The notes beneath the pieces are model-generated. The model was not told the origin of the DNA. It saw only the letters and a list, made by a program, of their open reading frames with translations, and made no database searches. The position numbers and the translations under genes were made by a program. Below, piece by piece: positions 26,762-35,352 of a stretch of DNA of 64,000 bases. Source of the stretch: Candidatus Binatia bacterium (lineage in GTDB: Bacteria; Desulfobacterota; Binatia; Bin18); NCBI GenBank assembly GCA_963664395.2, contig OY761159.2:2144001-2208000 (forward strand), given 5' to 3'. Positions within the stretch are counted from its first letter, which is position 1. Each line of letters opens with the position of its first letter.

Positions 26762-28468
26762 CTACGAATCCGCAGACGAGGATTTTTGCTTCTCGTAATC
26801 ATCCAAGGCTGCCACAATACGATCTAACAATTTACCGAATCCTGAAAAATCAATCTTGTCGGCACTTGGTCTAACTACCTTTTCGGCAAAAACGGTCTTT
26901 CCGTACGTATCGTCTGTGTTGTGTTTCTTCGAGGGGTCAAACTTCTTTCCATCTATAGGAATTTTGAGCAACTTTGGGCCAAACAAATCTTCTATGCAGG
27001 ATTTTGAATCCGTGCCGTTCTCTGGTGTCTTTACGAGATAAAGATTCTTGTGAAGATGGTAGAATAATTCCGAAACTTCGTTTGTTATATTAAGGCTATA
27101 ATTTTCTTTTACAACGCTGAAGATACTCTTAGCGCCGTCGTCGTTGTCGGTTAGGATGATCACCGGATGGGCAAGCGGTGCATGTTTGAAGGAGGCGATG
27201 ATGATTTTGTACTTTGCGATAAGGCGGCTGATATCACCTGTACCACCACCAAGCTGAAGGACTTGGTAAATTGTTTGCGAGTATCTCATGAAGCGGACAG
27301 TACTTGAGAAGCTGCCGTTTACAAGCTCACCTAATTGTGGATGGTAATCCGTTAGTTTTTTGATTGCTGCACGTAGATAAACGATATCGGTTTTTCCTTC
27401 TGTCACAATCAAGGGTTTTTCTAACGCCACAAAGTGCTTATAGAAGAGAAATTTTTTGTACAACATCCGAGCCGCGGTTGGTGTTTTCTTTTTTTCAACT
27501 TCCTCCCTTAGATCGGAGCGATCCTTTATGTAATGTATGTGACTGAGAATGCCCTCAATTTTATTTAAGCCTTTCACGGAGGTGTCAGGGGTGGATACAT
27601 AATAGCTCCCGGTCGAGAACAGCTTATGACAAATCGCGCGTGCGGTCCGATAGTATTCCGATCTGATGTTGACTTTTTCGTTGACTATTAAACCGGTCGT
27701 CACTTGGCGCGACCCACGCCACTGCATCCGTGTTTTGCTGGCGTTTATTTTGAAGCCGGCTCTATGAATCTCCTTTACAAGTTGCGAACCAAGTTCCCAG
27801 GCCGAGAGTCTTTCAGGAATTGGTTTTGCTAAAGCTGTAGGAAAATCCTTACGGTTCGTCGAAAAGGTGATGTCATCAGCATAGCGCGAATAAGTGCACT
27901 TGTTTTTCTTGGCGAATCGAGCAAGACGCACATCCAGTATATGTCCAAGCAAGTTGGATATTATCGGGGAACATGGACTGCCCTGCGGCAATTCGTTCTT
28001 ATGACACGCAATTTGCGCAATGACTGTCGCGACTTTCTCATTTAGCTCAAAACGTTTGTCTTTTATGAAGAAGCCTCGAACACGTCCGAAATTGAATGAA
28101 GGGAAAAAGTCTTGGAGATCCAGGTTCAGTACATAGCGGCGACGTTTATGCACAGAAGCATTGGTGAAGATTGAGCAGGAGCGCGCAAAGCCATGAGCGA
28201 GCGGATGGTGGGTGGGGCCGGTTTTCTCAAATTCGGCGACGCATCTGTAGAGTACGTCCGCCAATCGTCTCTGTAGCATTTTCAACCGACGTTCGGGCGC
28301 GTTGATTAGCCGCTTCCCACCGTTGTGTTTTGGGATTTCAAAGGAGTGGTACTTTTCTGCTTCTGGCAACTGATACAGTAGATATGAAACGGTCTTAGGT
28401 TGTACACCGAGAATATGACCGACATCCTTCAATGTTCGGGCTGCCCGCAGCTTCTCCAAGTCGGTCAT
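26762..28468 (-). CDS. Retron Ec67-like reverse transcriptase fused to a TOPRIM nuclease domain
   Basis: NASVH (region X), DLQDFFPS, LPQGSPCSP, YSRYADD and QVTTGL; C-terminal IVTEGKTD...LTDND. Confidence 0.93.
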   Translation of the reverse strand: MTDLEKLRAARTLKDVGHILGVQPKTVSYLLYQLPEAEKYHSFEIPKHNGGKRLINAPERRLKMLQRRLADVLYRCVAEFEKTGPTHHPLAHGFARSCSIFTNASVHKRRRYVLNLDLQDFFPSFNFGRVRGFFIKDKRFELNEKVATVIAQIACHKNELPQGSPCSPIISNLLGHILDVRLARFAKKNKCTYSRYADDITFSTNRKDFPTALAKPIPERLSAWELGSQLVKEIHRAGFKINASKTRMQWRGSRQVTTGLIVNEKVNIRSEYYRTARAICHKLFSTGSYYVSTPDTSVKGLNKIEGILSHIHYIKDRSDLREEVEKKKTPTAARMLYKKFLFYKHFVALEKPLIVTEGKTDIVYLRAAIKKLTDYHPQLGELVNGSFSSTVRFMRYSQTIYQVLQLGGGTGDISRLIAKYKIIIASFKHAPLAHPVIILTDNDDGAKSIFSVVKENYSLNITNEVSELFYHLHKNLYLVKTPENGTDSKSCIEDLFGPKLLKIPIDGKKFDPSKKHNTDDTYGKTVFAEKVVRPSADKIDFSGFGKLLDRIVAALDDYEKQKSSSADS

Positions 28469-28487
28469 AGACCAGTTCTCAAGAGAA

Positions 28488-28634
28488 GGCTTACAGGCAC
28501 TCCTATGCGAAACGAAACCCTAGAGAACGATATCTAACGATATCTAGCGTTGTTCAAGGATGACCAGGGAGCACGCGCGCCCTGACATTCTGTCTTATAT
28601 CGCGATTGCGCGATAACAAGTCTGCCTGTAAGCC
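28488..28634 (-). ncRNA. Retron msr-msd ncRNA (Ec67-like)
   Basis: Perfect 12-bp a1/a2 IR GGCTTACAGGCA/TGCCTGTAAGCC, candidate branching G at 28622, and internal hairpins; directly upstream of the RT. Confidence 0.88.
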
Positions 28635-28690
28635 AGCGCACACCGTGGCATATCGGTGCTGGAATAGCAAGAAAAATAGAAAAGGTCGTC

Positions 28691-28774
28691 GAGATTGAAG
28701 TTGACAAGCCCTGGTCAACGCTAACCGCGAACTGATTAAGCAATTTGAGGAGAAGGTTCGGACGAGTGGGGGGG
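28691..28774 (+). pseudogene. Orphan hsdS 3' conserved-region fragment (copy 3, degenerate)
   Basis: EIEV..QALVNANRELIKQFEEKVR with an indel. Confidence 0.75.
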
Positions 28775-28830
28775 CATAGCGAGGGCAAGGTCAATCGGGT
28801 AGAATTTTCACTTACGAGGAGGGGAAAGTC

Positions 28831-29028
28831 ATGTCTGAAAGAGCCGAGACAGAAAGGGTCTCAGATGATTATCTGAGGACATTAGAACGTGTCAAAAAGC
28901 AATACCAGCAATACGTGGAAGTGAGCGAGCTTTACAAATTGCCTGTCCAAAAGGAAGAGGAAATTATCCAATATCAATCTCCAAGTCCAGAGCACCCTCT
29001 GACGACAAATACAATTCGTATCAAGTAA
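28831..29028 (+). CDS. Hypothetical 65-aa protein
   Basis: Strong RBS (GAGGAGG); ends 11 nt upstream of the protease gene. Confidence 0.65.
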   Translation: MSERAETERVSDDYLRTLERVKKQYQQYVEVSELYKLPVQKEEEIIQYQSPSPEHPLTTNTIRIK

Positions 29029-29039
29029 GTGAAATAGTC

Positions 29040-30019
29040 ATGGCTTCATGGAGCGAACTCCTAGAACTGCTAAAAGCTCAAAGAGACCCTGTCTGGCTTG
29101 ATAGCAAACTAAAAGAACATTTGAGCGCCATCTCAGGGCGTCGTAACGGTGCCGCCGTCATCTTTTACGCCTCGGCTTTTCTGCAAAAAACGCCGACAAG
29201 GTGGCCATCACCAGAGAAGATATCAATGGCTTCATGAACGCGCTTTACGAAGCACCGACCGATAGAGGTCTCGTATTGATCCTTCATACTCCTGGTGGCG
29301 ACCCGAATGCTGTTGAAAGTATCGTTGAGTATCTTCATTCCAAATTCAATTATCTTGAGGTCATTGTTCCATACCTGGCTATGTCCGGCGGCGCGATGAT
29401 AAGTCTTGCGAGCGATCAACTAACGCTCGGTAAGCAGAGCCAACTTGGGCCGATTGACCCTCAACTTGTCATTGGTAACAAAACACATTCGGCCAGGGCG
29501 ATTCAGGAAGGATTTAATAAGGCAAGAGAGGATATTGAAAGCGATACGAAATTAGCGCATCTCTGGGCACCTATTTTACAAAATATGGGACCTTCGCTTT
29601 TCTTGGAAGCTGAGAAAGCTTTGTCATACAGCAAAGAGTTGGTGGCAAACTGGCTCATGAAAAGGATGCTCAAAGGTATACGCGACGAGACAGAAAGAAA
29701 GAGAAAAGCCGATACCATTGCGGCATATTTTAATGCTGAAGATATTCCTGACTACGGCCAAGTGCATGTCCATGGCCAGAGGATTGGAGCGGTCAAGCTT
29801 AGGGAACTTGGGCTTAATCTGCAATTTTTTGAGGATGACCAAGCTCTGCAGAATGATATTTTAACGGCATATCACTTGATGACCTTGATTTTTGAAATGA
29901 CGACTTCCCTCAAGTTCATTGCCAGCGATAGAGGAAAAATGTGGGTCAAACAAGAACAGCAGATTCTTGCCCCAGCATCCCCTCCTGTCCCTCAACAACC
30001 TCCCTCAATTATCCCCTGA
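29040..30019 (+). pseudogene. SDH/ClpP-like serine protease, frameshifted at an A6 tract
   Basis: LILHTPGGD, AMSGGAMI and QLGPIDPQL. The N-terminal part joins the main frame if A6 at 29185-29190 is read as A7. Confidence 0.8.
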
Positions 30020-30784
30020 TTCCCAGACCTTGTCTGAAAACTGGACGATATGTTCACCTTCCCGTAATGGCTCGCCGGCGAGGCTGTCGAGCCAGTTCAT
30101 ACCCTCGACATAAACATCGTCATAACGGGCATCTTTTACGGGGTTAATCAGTTTGTGATCTTTGCGTTCTCTGTTTTTATACCGCGCTCGTAATGCCCGC
30201 ATTCGCTCTTTGAATTGCTTCTTTTTCTTGGCCGATAAGCCGTCCATTCTCAGCGGTGTCGGAACAGGCTCATTCATTGAGATGTCCTGGGTGACGACTG
30301 TAAAGTCCAAAAACTCATTAGGCGCGGCAGATAACATGGGTTCCGTCCTATAAACGTAATGCAGCAGGCTCTGCGTGTCTTGCCCGAATCGCCGCACATC
30401 TTCTTTCAGTCCCGAAGTTATCGCAAATGAGAGTTGGTTCCCTATCTCTTCTAACTGCTCTTCATCACTCAGAGACCAACGAACCCAATCCTGCCTCTCT
30501 TCATAGTTGCTCTCAAAAGACCGTCTCTCCGCGTCGATAGCGCTGAGTGCAGGCTCAATACGCGCGTAAACCGATTGGGACCACGGACCGAATTTGTAAA
30601 ATTGCTACCCTGTCCCGGTAAAGGTAACGCCGTTGTTTCGTTTCGCATGGAAAAGGTCGGCCAAATACACATACTTAATCAGGTGAATTGGTCCGAGCTG
30701 GCGGTCTAAGAATTCATCCTGCTCTCCAGCAACCAGCAACGCATACTGGAGCAGCAAGTCAACACGGGAGGGGGCCACTGGCAT
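30005..30784 (-). pseudogene. Panacea/SocA (DUF4065)-like antitoxin with one in-frame amber stop
   Basis: MPVAPSRVDLLLQYALL...IHLIKYVYLAD...TFTGTG*QFYKFGPWS...YVYRTEPM; TAG at 30605-30607. Confidence 0.7.
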
Positions 30785-31072
30785 TACTTCGACTCGAAGG
30801 GCTGAGAATCAGGTCTATTTACGGTTCTCCTGGGACAGCAAGCATACCGGAATTGTCGGAGCGCGCCTACCCGTATGTGGGCTCCTCCCATATAAGATTG
30901 AAGCCGAACGAACTCTTGTCACCGCTAATCGTGAACTGATTGAACGATTTGAGAAGAAAATTCGGGAAGCGATTGGGAGGGTGTGGGGAGAGGCCGAAGT
31001 CGTAGGTCGGACTAGCTCGGCGTAATCCGACAAGGGAGGTGGGGTGGGGAGAGGCTGAAGCGGAGACGGGGG

Positions 31073-31276
31073 ATGTCAAAAGTTAGAGACGCGATTAGGC
31101 TCATAGAGCGAGAGGGCTGGGAATTGGTCCGTACCCGTGGAAGTCACAGGCAATATCGCCACTCCAAAAAATCGGGAACCGTTACGATAGCAGGCCGAAT
31201 GAGTAAGGACCTTGCGCCTAAAACTTGGGCGAGTATTCTCAAACAAGCAGGAATAGACAGAGGAGAATCGCTGTGA
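31073..31276 (+). CDS. hicA: HicA-family toxin (duplicate)
   Basis: Differs from 26057-26260 only at residue 2. Confidence 0.92.
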   Translation: MSKVRDAIRLIEREGWELVRTRGSHRQYRHSKKSGTVTIAGRMSKDLAPKTWASILKQAGIDRGESL

Positions 31277-31479
31277 AATACGCCATCCTCATTGAAAGAA
31301 CCGACAACGGCTACTCTGCCTATGTGCCCGATTTACCCGGTTGTATCGCCGCCGCAGATACAAAAACCGCAGTGGAAGAACTGATCCGCGAAGCTATCAG
31401 CCTCCACCTCGAATCCCTCCACGAACACGGCGACCCAATTCCTGAACCGCACACAACCGCTACCCTCATTGAGGTCTGA
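31273..31479 (+). CDS. hicB: HicB-family antitoxin (duplicate)
   Basis: Near-identical to 26257-26487, with an earlier stop. Confidence 0.9.
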   Translation: MKYAILIERTDNGYSAYVPDLPGCIAAADTKTAVEELIREAISLHLESLHEHGDPIPEPHTTATLIEV

Positions 31480-31521
31480 CCCATCTGCGATTCGTCTGTT
31501 TGAGCAGAACGGAGTGCAAAT

Positions 31522-32673
31522 ATGCTGCGCGTCAGTCATCATCTCGGGAATATTCACCAGGATTCCGACCTCGCCGCTCAGGTCACGCGCTGGGAGCACG
31601 CGCACCAACTGGAAGAAGTGACCCTGAACGAACGGGAGGCGCAGAAGAGTCGGCTTCGCCTACAGACCTCGACCGGCCAAGAGCTGGGGCTCGTCTTGCC
31701 CCGTGGCACAGAAATCACGGATGGGGACGTCTTTGCCTTCACCGATAGGGAAGGCGGCCTGTTAGTCCACCTCGCTCTTCAGGAGGTCATGGTGCTGACG
31801 CTTCGCCCAGGACTGCCCTTGGGCAAGCAACACCACTGGCTGGTGCGCCTGGGCCATGTGCTGGGCAACCAGCACTGGCCGGTCGCGAGCGTCAACGAGG
31901 CGGTCCTGGTGCCGGTCAGCCTCGACCGGGCGGTGATGGAAACCGTTCTGCGTACCCATCATCTCCTGGATCAATTTACGGTTCGGTATGAGCGGCGTTC
32001 CTGGCCAAAAGCAGCCTTGCAGCTGACCGACTCCTTTTTTCCCTCCGGCACAGTCACCCTGTCGCACGGCCTGGAAACCTTTCTCGGTGGCCAGTCCGCG
32101 GAGATCGACCTGTCTCAGCTCCTTCAAGATTATCTCGAAAGGAAAATTGCTCCCTGTGATCTGGTTGCCTATGCGCACGCGTATCGGGCCGCAGAAGAGG
32201 GAGACGTTGAGCGTTTGCATCAGCTCGACCGCTACTTGAATGTTTCGCTCCTTCCGCAAGAACTGCGGCAGGGCTCCGCACGTTCAGGCAGGGCGACGCT
32301 GGAAACACTGCGGCGCTTAGTCGAGGAGCCCCTCTTCCAGGCATTTCTCGCTGGCATAGAGGCGGGCAAGAGCAGCGGTCATATCTCCATTTGCCTGGGT
32401 CTCTTACACGTTCTGTGGCGTATCCCCCAACGCAGAGGCGGCGCTATGTTGCTCTACACCTTCATGGTGAACTTTCTTGGCGCAGCCATCCGTTTAGGCT
32501 GTCTTGGGCATCGGGAAGCACAGAGGTTGCTCATCAACTTCCGACCTCATTTGATTCCACTCGCAGATCAAGCGCTAGAGAGCCCACTCGAAGAGATCGG
32601 AACTTTTGTTCCGCTCGCGGATATCCGCGCGATGCAACATGCCCACCTGTCTGTCCGACTTTTTAGTAGCTAG
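31522..32673 (+). CDS. ureEF: Fused urease accessory protein UreE-UreF
   Basis: UreE part: KSRLRL..GQELGL.LPRG, LGHVLGNQH. UreF part: LQLTDSFFPSG..SHGLE and terminal RLFSS. Confidence 0.85.
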   Translation: MLRVSHHLGNIHQDSDLAAQVTRWEHAHQLEEVTLNEREAQKSRLRLQTSTGQELGLVLPRGTEITDGDVFAFTDREGGLLVHLALQEVMVLTLRPGLPLGKQHHWLVRLGHVLGNQHWPVASVNEAVLVPVSLDRAVMETVLRTHHLLDQFTVRYERRSWPKAALQLTDSFFPSGTVTLSHGLETFLGGQSAEIDLSQLLQDYLERKIAPCDLVAYAHAYRAAEEGDVERLHQLDRYLNVSLLPQELRQGSARSGRATLETLRRLVEEPLFQAFLAGIEAGKSSGHISICLGLLHVLWRIPQRRGGAMLLYTFMVNFLGAAIRLGCLGHREAQRLLINFRPHLIPLADQALESPLEEIGTFVPLADIRAMQHAHLSVRLFSS

Positions 32674-32759
32674 GAGGACGGTATCCTGACTCCCATTTGT
32701 CTTCACCAGGCTTGTCTGGAGGCTGGACTATGGAGTAAGATTCCACATTACTTTTCTGT

Positions 32760-32833
32760 GCCCCCGTAGCTCAGGAGGATAGAGCACCGGATTCCTAATC
32801 CGGGTGTCGTGCGTTCGAATCGCGCCGGGGGCA
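32760..32833 (+). tRNA. tRNA-Arg(CCT)
   Basis: Acceptor stem GCCCCCG/CGGGGGC, anticodon arm CCGGA-TTCCTAA-TCCGG and TTCGAAT T-loop; CCA is not encoded. Confidence 0.95.
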
Positions 32834-32848
32834 GTTTTCTTCTCACCA

Positions 32849-32884
32849 CGGGATATGCGGGATATGCGGGATATGCGGGATATG
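32849..32884 (+). repeat. Tandem repeat (CGGGATATG)x4
   Basis: Four perfect 9-bp units just before the aminotransferase start. Confidence 0.95.
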
Positions 32885-32885
32885 A

Positions 32886-34055
32886 ATGATGCTGCGTGAA
32901 AGTCGGCGGATGCGGGAGGTACAGTCGCCGATCATTCCGGTGATTGGCGAATTAATCCGCGCGAACCCCGGTACGGTTTCTCTGGGCCAAGGGGTCGCGT
33001 ACTACGGCCCGCCGCCTGAGGCGCTGGAAGCGGTCCGCCGGTTTCAGGCTGAACCGGATAACCATAAATACAAACCCGTCCAAGGCATTGACCCGCTCTT
33101 AGAGATCATTCGCCACAAGCTGTTGGAGGAGAACGGTATCGCGCTGAATGATGCGCAGCGGATCGTCGTGACGGCCGGGGGCAATATGGCGTTCATGAAT
33201 GCGTTGCTGGCAATCGCCGACCCCGGTGATCAGATTATTTTGCAACTGCCCTATTACTTCAACCACGAGATGGCAATTAGCATGGTCAATTGTGAGGCGG
33301 TGTGTGTACCGACCGACGAGCACTACCAACTTCAACTCGATGCGATCAGCAACGCGATTACGGATCGTACGCGCGCCATTGTGACCGTGTCGCCAAACAA
33401 CCCGGCCGGTGTGGTGTATGCCGAATCAGACTTGCGTGCGGTCAATGATCTCTGTCGCGAGACCGGCCTCTATCACATCAGTGACGAAGCGTATGAGTAT
33501 TTCACGTACGATGGCGCAACCCATTTCTCGCCGGGATCAATCCCGGACAGCAGCGAGTACACAATCTCCCTGTACTCGCTGTCCAAAGCGTACGGCTTTG
33601 CGAGCTGGCGCATCGGCTGGATGGTCGCGCCCGAACACCTGTATACGGCGATCAAAAAAGCCCAGGATACGATCCTGATCTGCCCGCCGGTCGTCTCGCA
33701 ATACGCCGCGGCGGCCGCGATGCAAGTCGGGTCGGCCTACTGTCGTGAAAAACTCAGGGCGATGACCGCGACACGCCGGGTCGTACAGAGCAGCCTGAAC
33801 GAGTTGAGTGATCTGCTCACGCTGCCTCGGTCCGACGGCGCGTTCTACTTCCTGCTGCGGGTGCACACAGATATGGATGCCATGACGTTGACTGAGCGGT
33901 TAATCCAAGAGCATCACGTCGCGGTGATTCCCAGTACGGCGTTCGGCGTAACCGAGGGGTGCTATCTGCGCGTAGCCTACGGCGCGCTGAACGAAGAGGT
34001 GGCCGGCGAGGCCGGCGGGCGGCTCTCGCGTGGACTGCGGCATATTCTTTTGTAA
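32886..34055 (+). CDS. PLP-dependent aminotransferase class I/II
   Basis: SPNNPAG, ISDEAYE and SLSKAYGFASWRIG. Confidence 0.92.
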   Translation: MMLRESRRMREVQSPIIPVIGELIRANPGTVSLGQGVAYYGPPPEALEAVRRFQAEPDNHKYKPVQGIDPLLEIIRHKLLEENGIALNDAQRIVVTAGGNMAFMNALLAIADPGDQIILQLPYYFNHEMAISMVNCEAVCVPTDEHYQLQLDAISNAITDRTRAIVTVSPNNPAGVVYAESDLRAVNDLCRETGLYHISDEAYEYFTYDGATHFSPGSIPDSSEYTISLYSLSKAYGFASWRIGWMVAPEHLYTAIKKAQDTILICPPVVSQYAAAAAMQVGSAYCREKLRAMTATRRVVQSSLNELSDLLTLPRSDGAFYFLLRVHTDMDAMTLTERLIQEHHVAVIPSTAFGVTEGCYLRVAYGALNEEVAGEAGGRLSRGLRHILL

Positions 34056-34191
34056 CGCGCTGAGAGGCGATCTGAGCATGCGGGGCTGGCGAGACATGAG
34101 AGCGTGCGACATAATATCTTGCGCCCGAACATTCTGATAGCGTTGCGGCGTTTTGGAGTGAACCGAAAGACAGGCGAGAGGACGTACTGTT

Positions 34192-35352
34192 ATGCGAGAA
34201 GGCTTTCATGTGATGGACAGTGATCTCCACGTTATTGAAAACGGAGAGGTGTATGAGAAATATCTCGACGAGAAATACCGCGATAAGAAACCCCGTTACC
34301 TGGGCTGGAGTCCAACCAATTTTCCGCACTGGGATGTACAGGGACAGCTGATCCCCCCATGGGCGAAGTCTGCGGAAGTGGTGAAAGCCCAGGAATATCT
34401 CGACAAACCAACTGAGCATATCTACAAGTCGGTCCGCGAGCGGAAGTACGAGCCCTCTTCCACTCTTGAAGCCATGGACGCGGAGGGTATTGATGTTGGT
34501 ATTGTCTACCGCACTTTTGCGCACATGATTGTTTCCATTGATGATTTAGAGCCAGCATATGCTACTGCCTACTGCGCCGCGTTTAACGATTGGCTGGCTG
34601 ATTACTGTCAGACTGACCCAAGGCGTCTCAAAGCGGCGGCTATTATCTCATTGCACGACCCTGAACTCGCAGCCGCCGAAGCCCGCCGCGCCGTAGAAGA
34701 CAAAGGCCATGTTGCTGTCGTTCTGCTGCCCATGCCCTGCAACGGACGCTATTTCAACGCGCCCGAGTGTGACGTGCTGTGGAAAGAAATCAGGCGGCTG
34801 AACGTGCCCCTGGCTTTTCATGGAACGAGCGGGGGCGCGTCAAAGGATTACGTGACCAATCGCTACCGCGGCCATCCGAATTTCCGCACGCTGAACCATT
34901 CTTCAGCCTTTCCCATGGAGTTGATGCTTGCGATGGGCGCCATGACAGTAGGCGGCGTGCTTGAGCGCTTTCCCGACCTGCGGGTCGGTTTTCTGGAGGG
35001 CAATTGTGGCTGGCTGCCGTGGTGGCTGGACCGTCTTGACGACCAGTGGGAGAAGTACGGCGGCGGCGAGGAAATCAAACTATCGGCCAAGCCGAGTGAA
35101 TACTTTAAGCGCCAGTGCTTTATTGGGACCGATGTCGACGAAGAGTTGTTAGCGGTCACGGTTGATAAAATCGGCGACGACAATATTGTCATGTCGGTCG
35201 ATTACCCCCATGCCGACGGCCCCTTCCCGAACGGGATCAAAGAGTTTCTGGAGCTGCCTGGGGTAGGATTAGACTCCAAACGCAAGATTATGTGGAAAAA
35301 CTGCCTCCGCTTATACGATTTTGATGAGAAGAAGATGCTTGGCGGCGAGTGA
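34192..35352 (+). CDS. Amidohydrolase family 2 protein
   Basis: DSDLH, AFNDWLADY, GVLERFPDLRVGFLEG and SVDYPHAD. Confidence 0.9.
   Translation: MREGFHVMDSDLHVIENGEVYEKYLDEKYRDKKPRYLGWSPTNFPHWDVQGQLIPPWAKSAEVVKAQEYLDKPTEHIYKSVRERKYEPSSTLEAMDAEGIDVGIVYRTFAHMIVSIDDLEPAYATAYCAAFNDWLADYCQTDPRRLKAAAIISLHDPELAAAEARRAVEDKGHVAVVLLPMPCNGRYFNAPECDVLWKEIRRLNVPLAFHGTSGGASKDYVTNRYRGHPNFRTLNHSSAFPMELMLAMGAMTVGGVLERFPDLRVGFLEGNCGWLPWWLDRLDDQWEKYGGGEEIKLSAKPSEYFKRQCFIGTDVDEELLAVTVDKIGDDNIVMSVDYPHADGPFPNGIKEFLELPGVGLDSKRKIMWKNCLRLYDFDEKKMLGGE

Larger units (their letters stand above)
30894..31504 (+). repeat. ~610-bp direct repeat copy 2 (hsdS 3' fragment copy 4 + REP + hicAB)
   Basis: The hicAB part is nearly identical to copy 1, while the hsdS part is diverged (KIEAERTLVTANRELIERFEKKIREAIGRVWGE). 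Confidence 0.92.
20660..31506. mobile_element. Defence island inserted at the 5' end of ureE; no integrase seen
   Basis: Separates ureD from ureEF, is bounded by imperfect ~60-bp direct repeats, and carries RM, retron and TA genes. Confidence 0.75.

Noticed and set aside
7422-30607. In-frame TAG codons (7422, 30605) as pyrrolysine or amber recoding
   Set aside because: Both lie in decayed accessory genes, TAG ends ordinary genes here (ureG, dnaA), and no pyl genes are visible.
32760-32833. tRNA-Arg as the attachment site of the upstream islands
   Set aside because: No duplicate of its 3' end was seen in the window, and the islands have their own boundary repeats.
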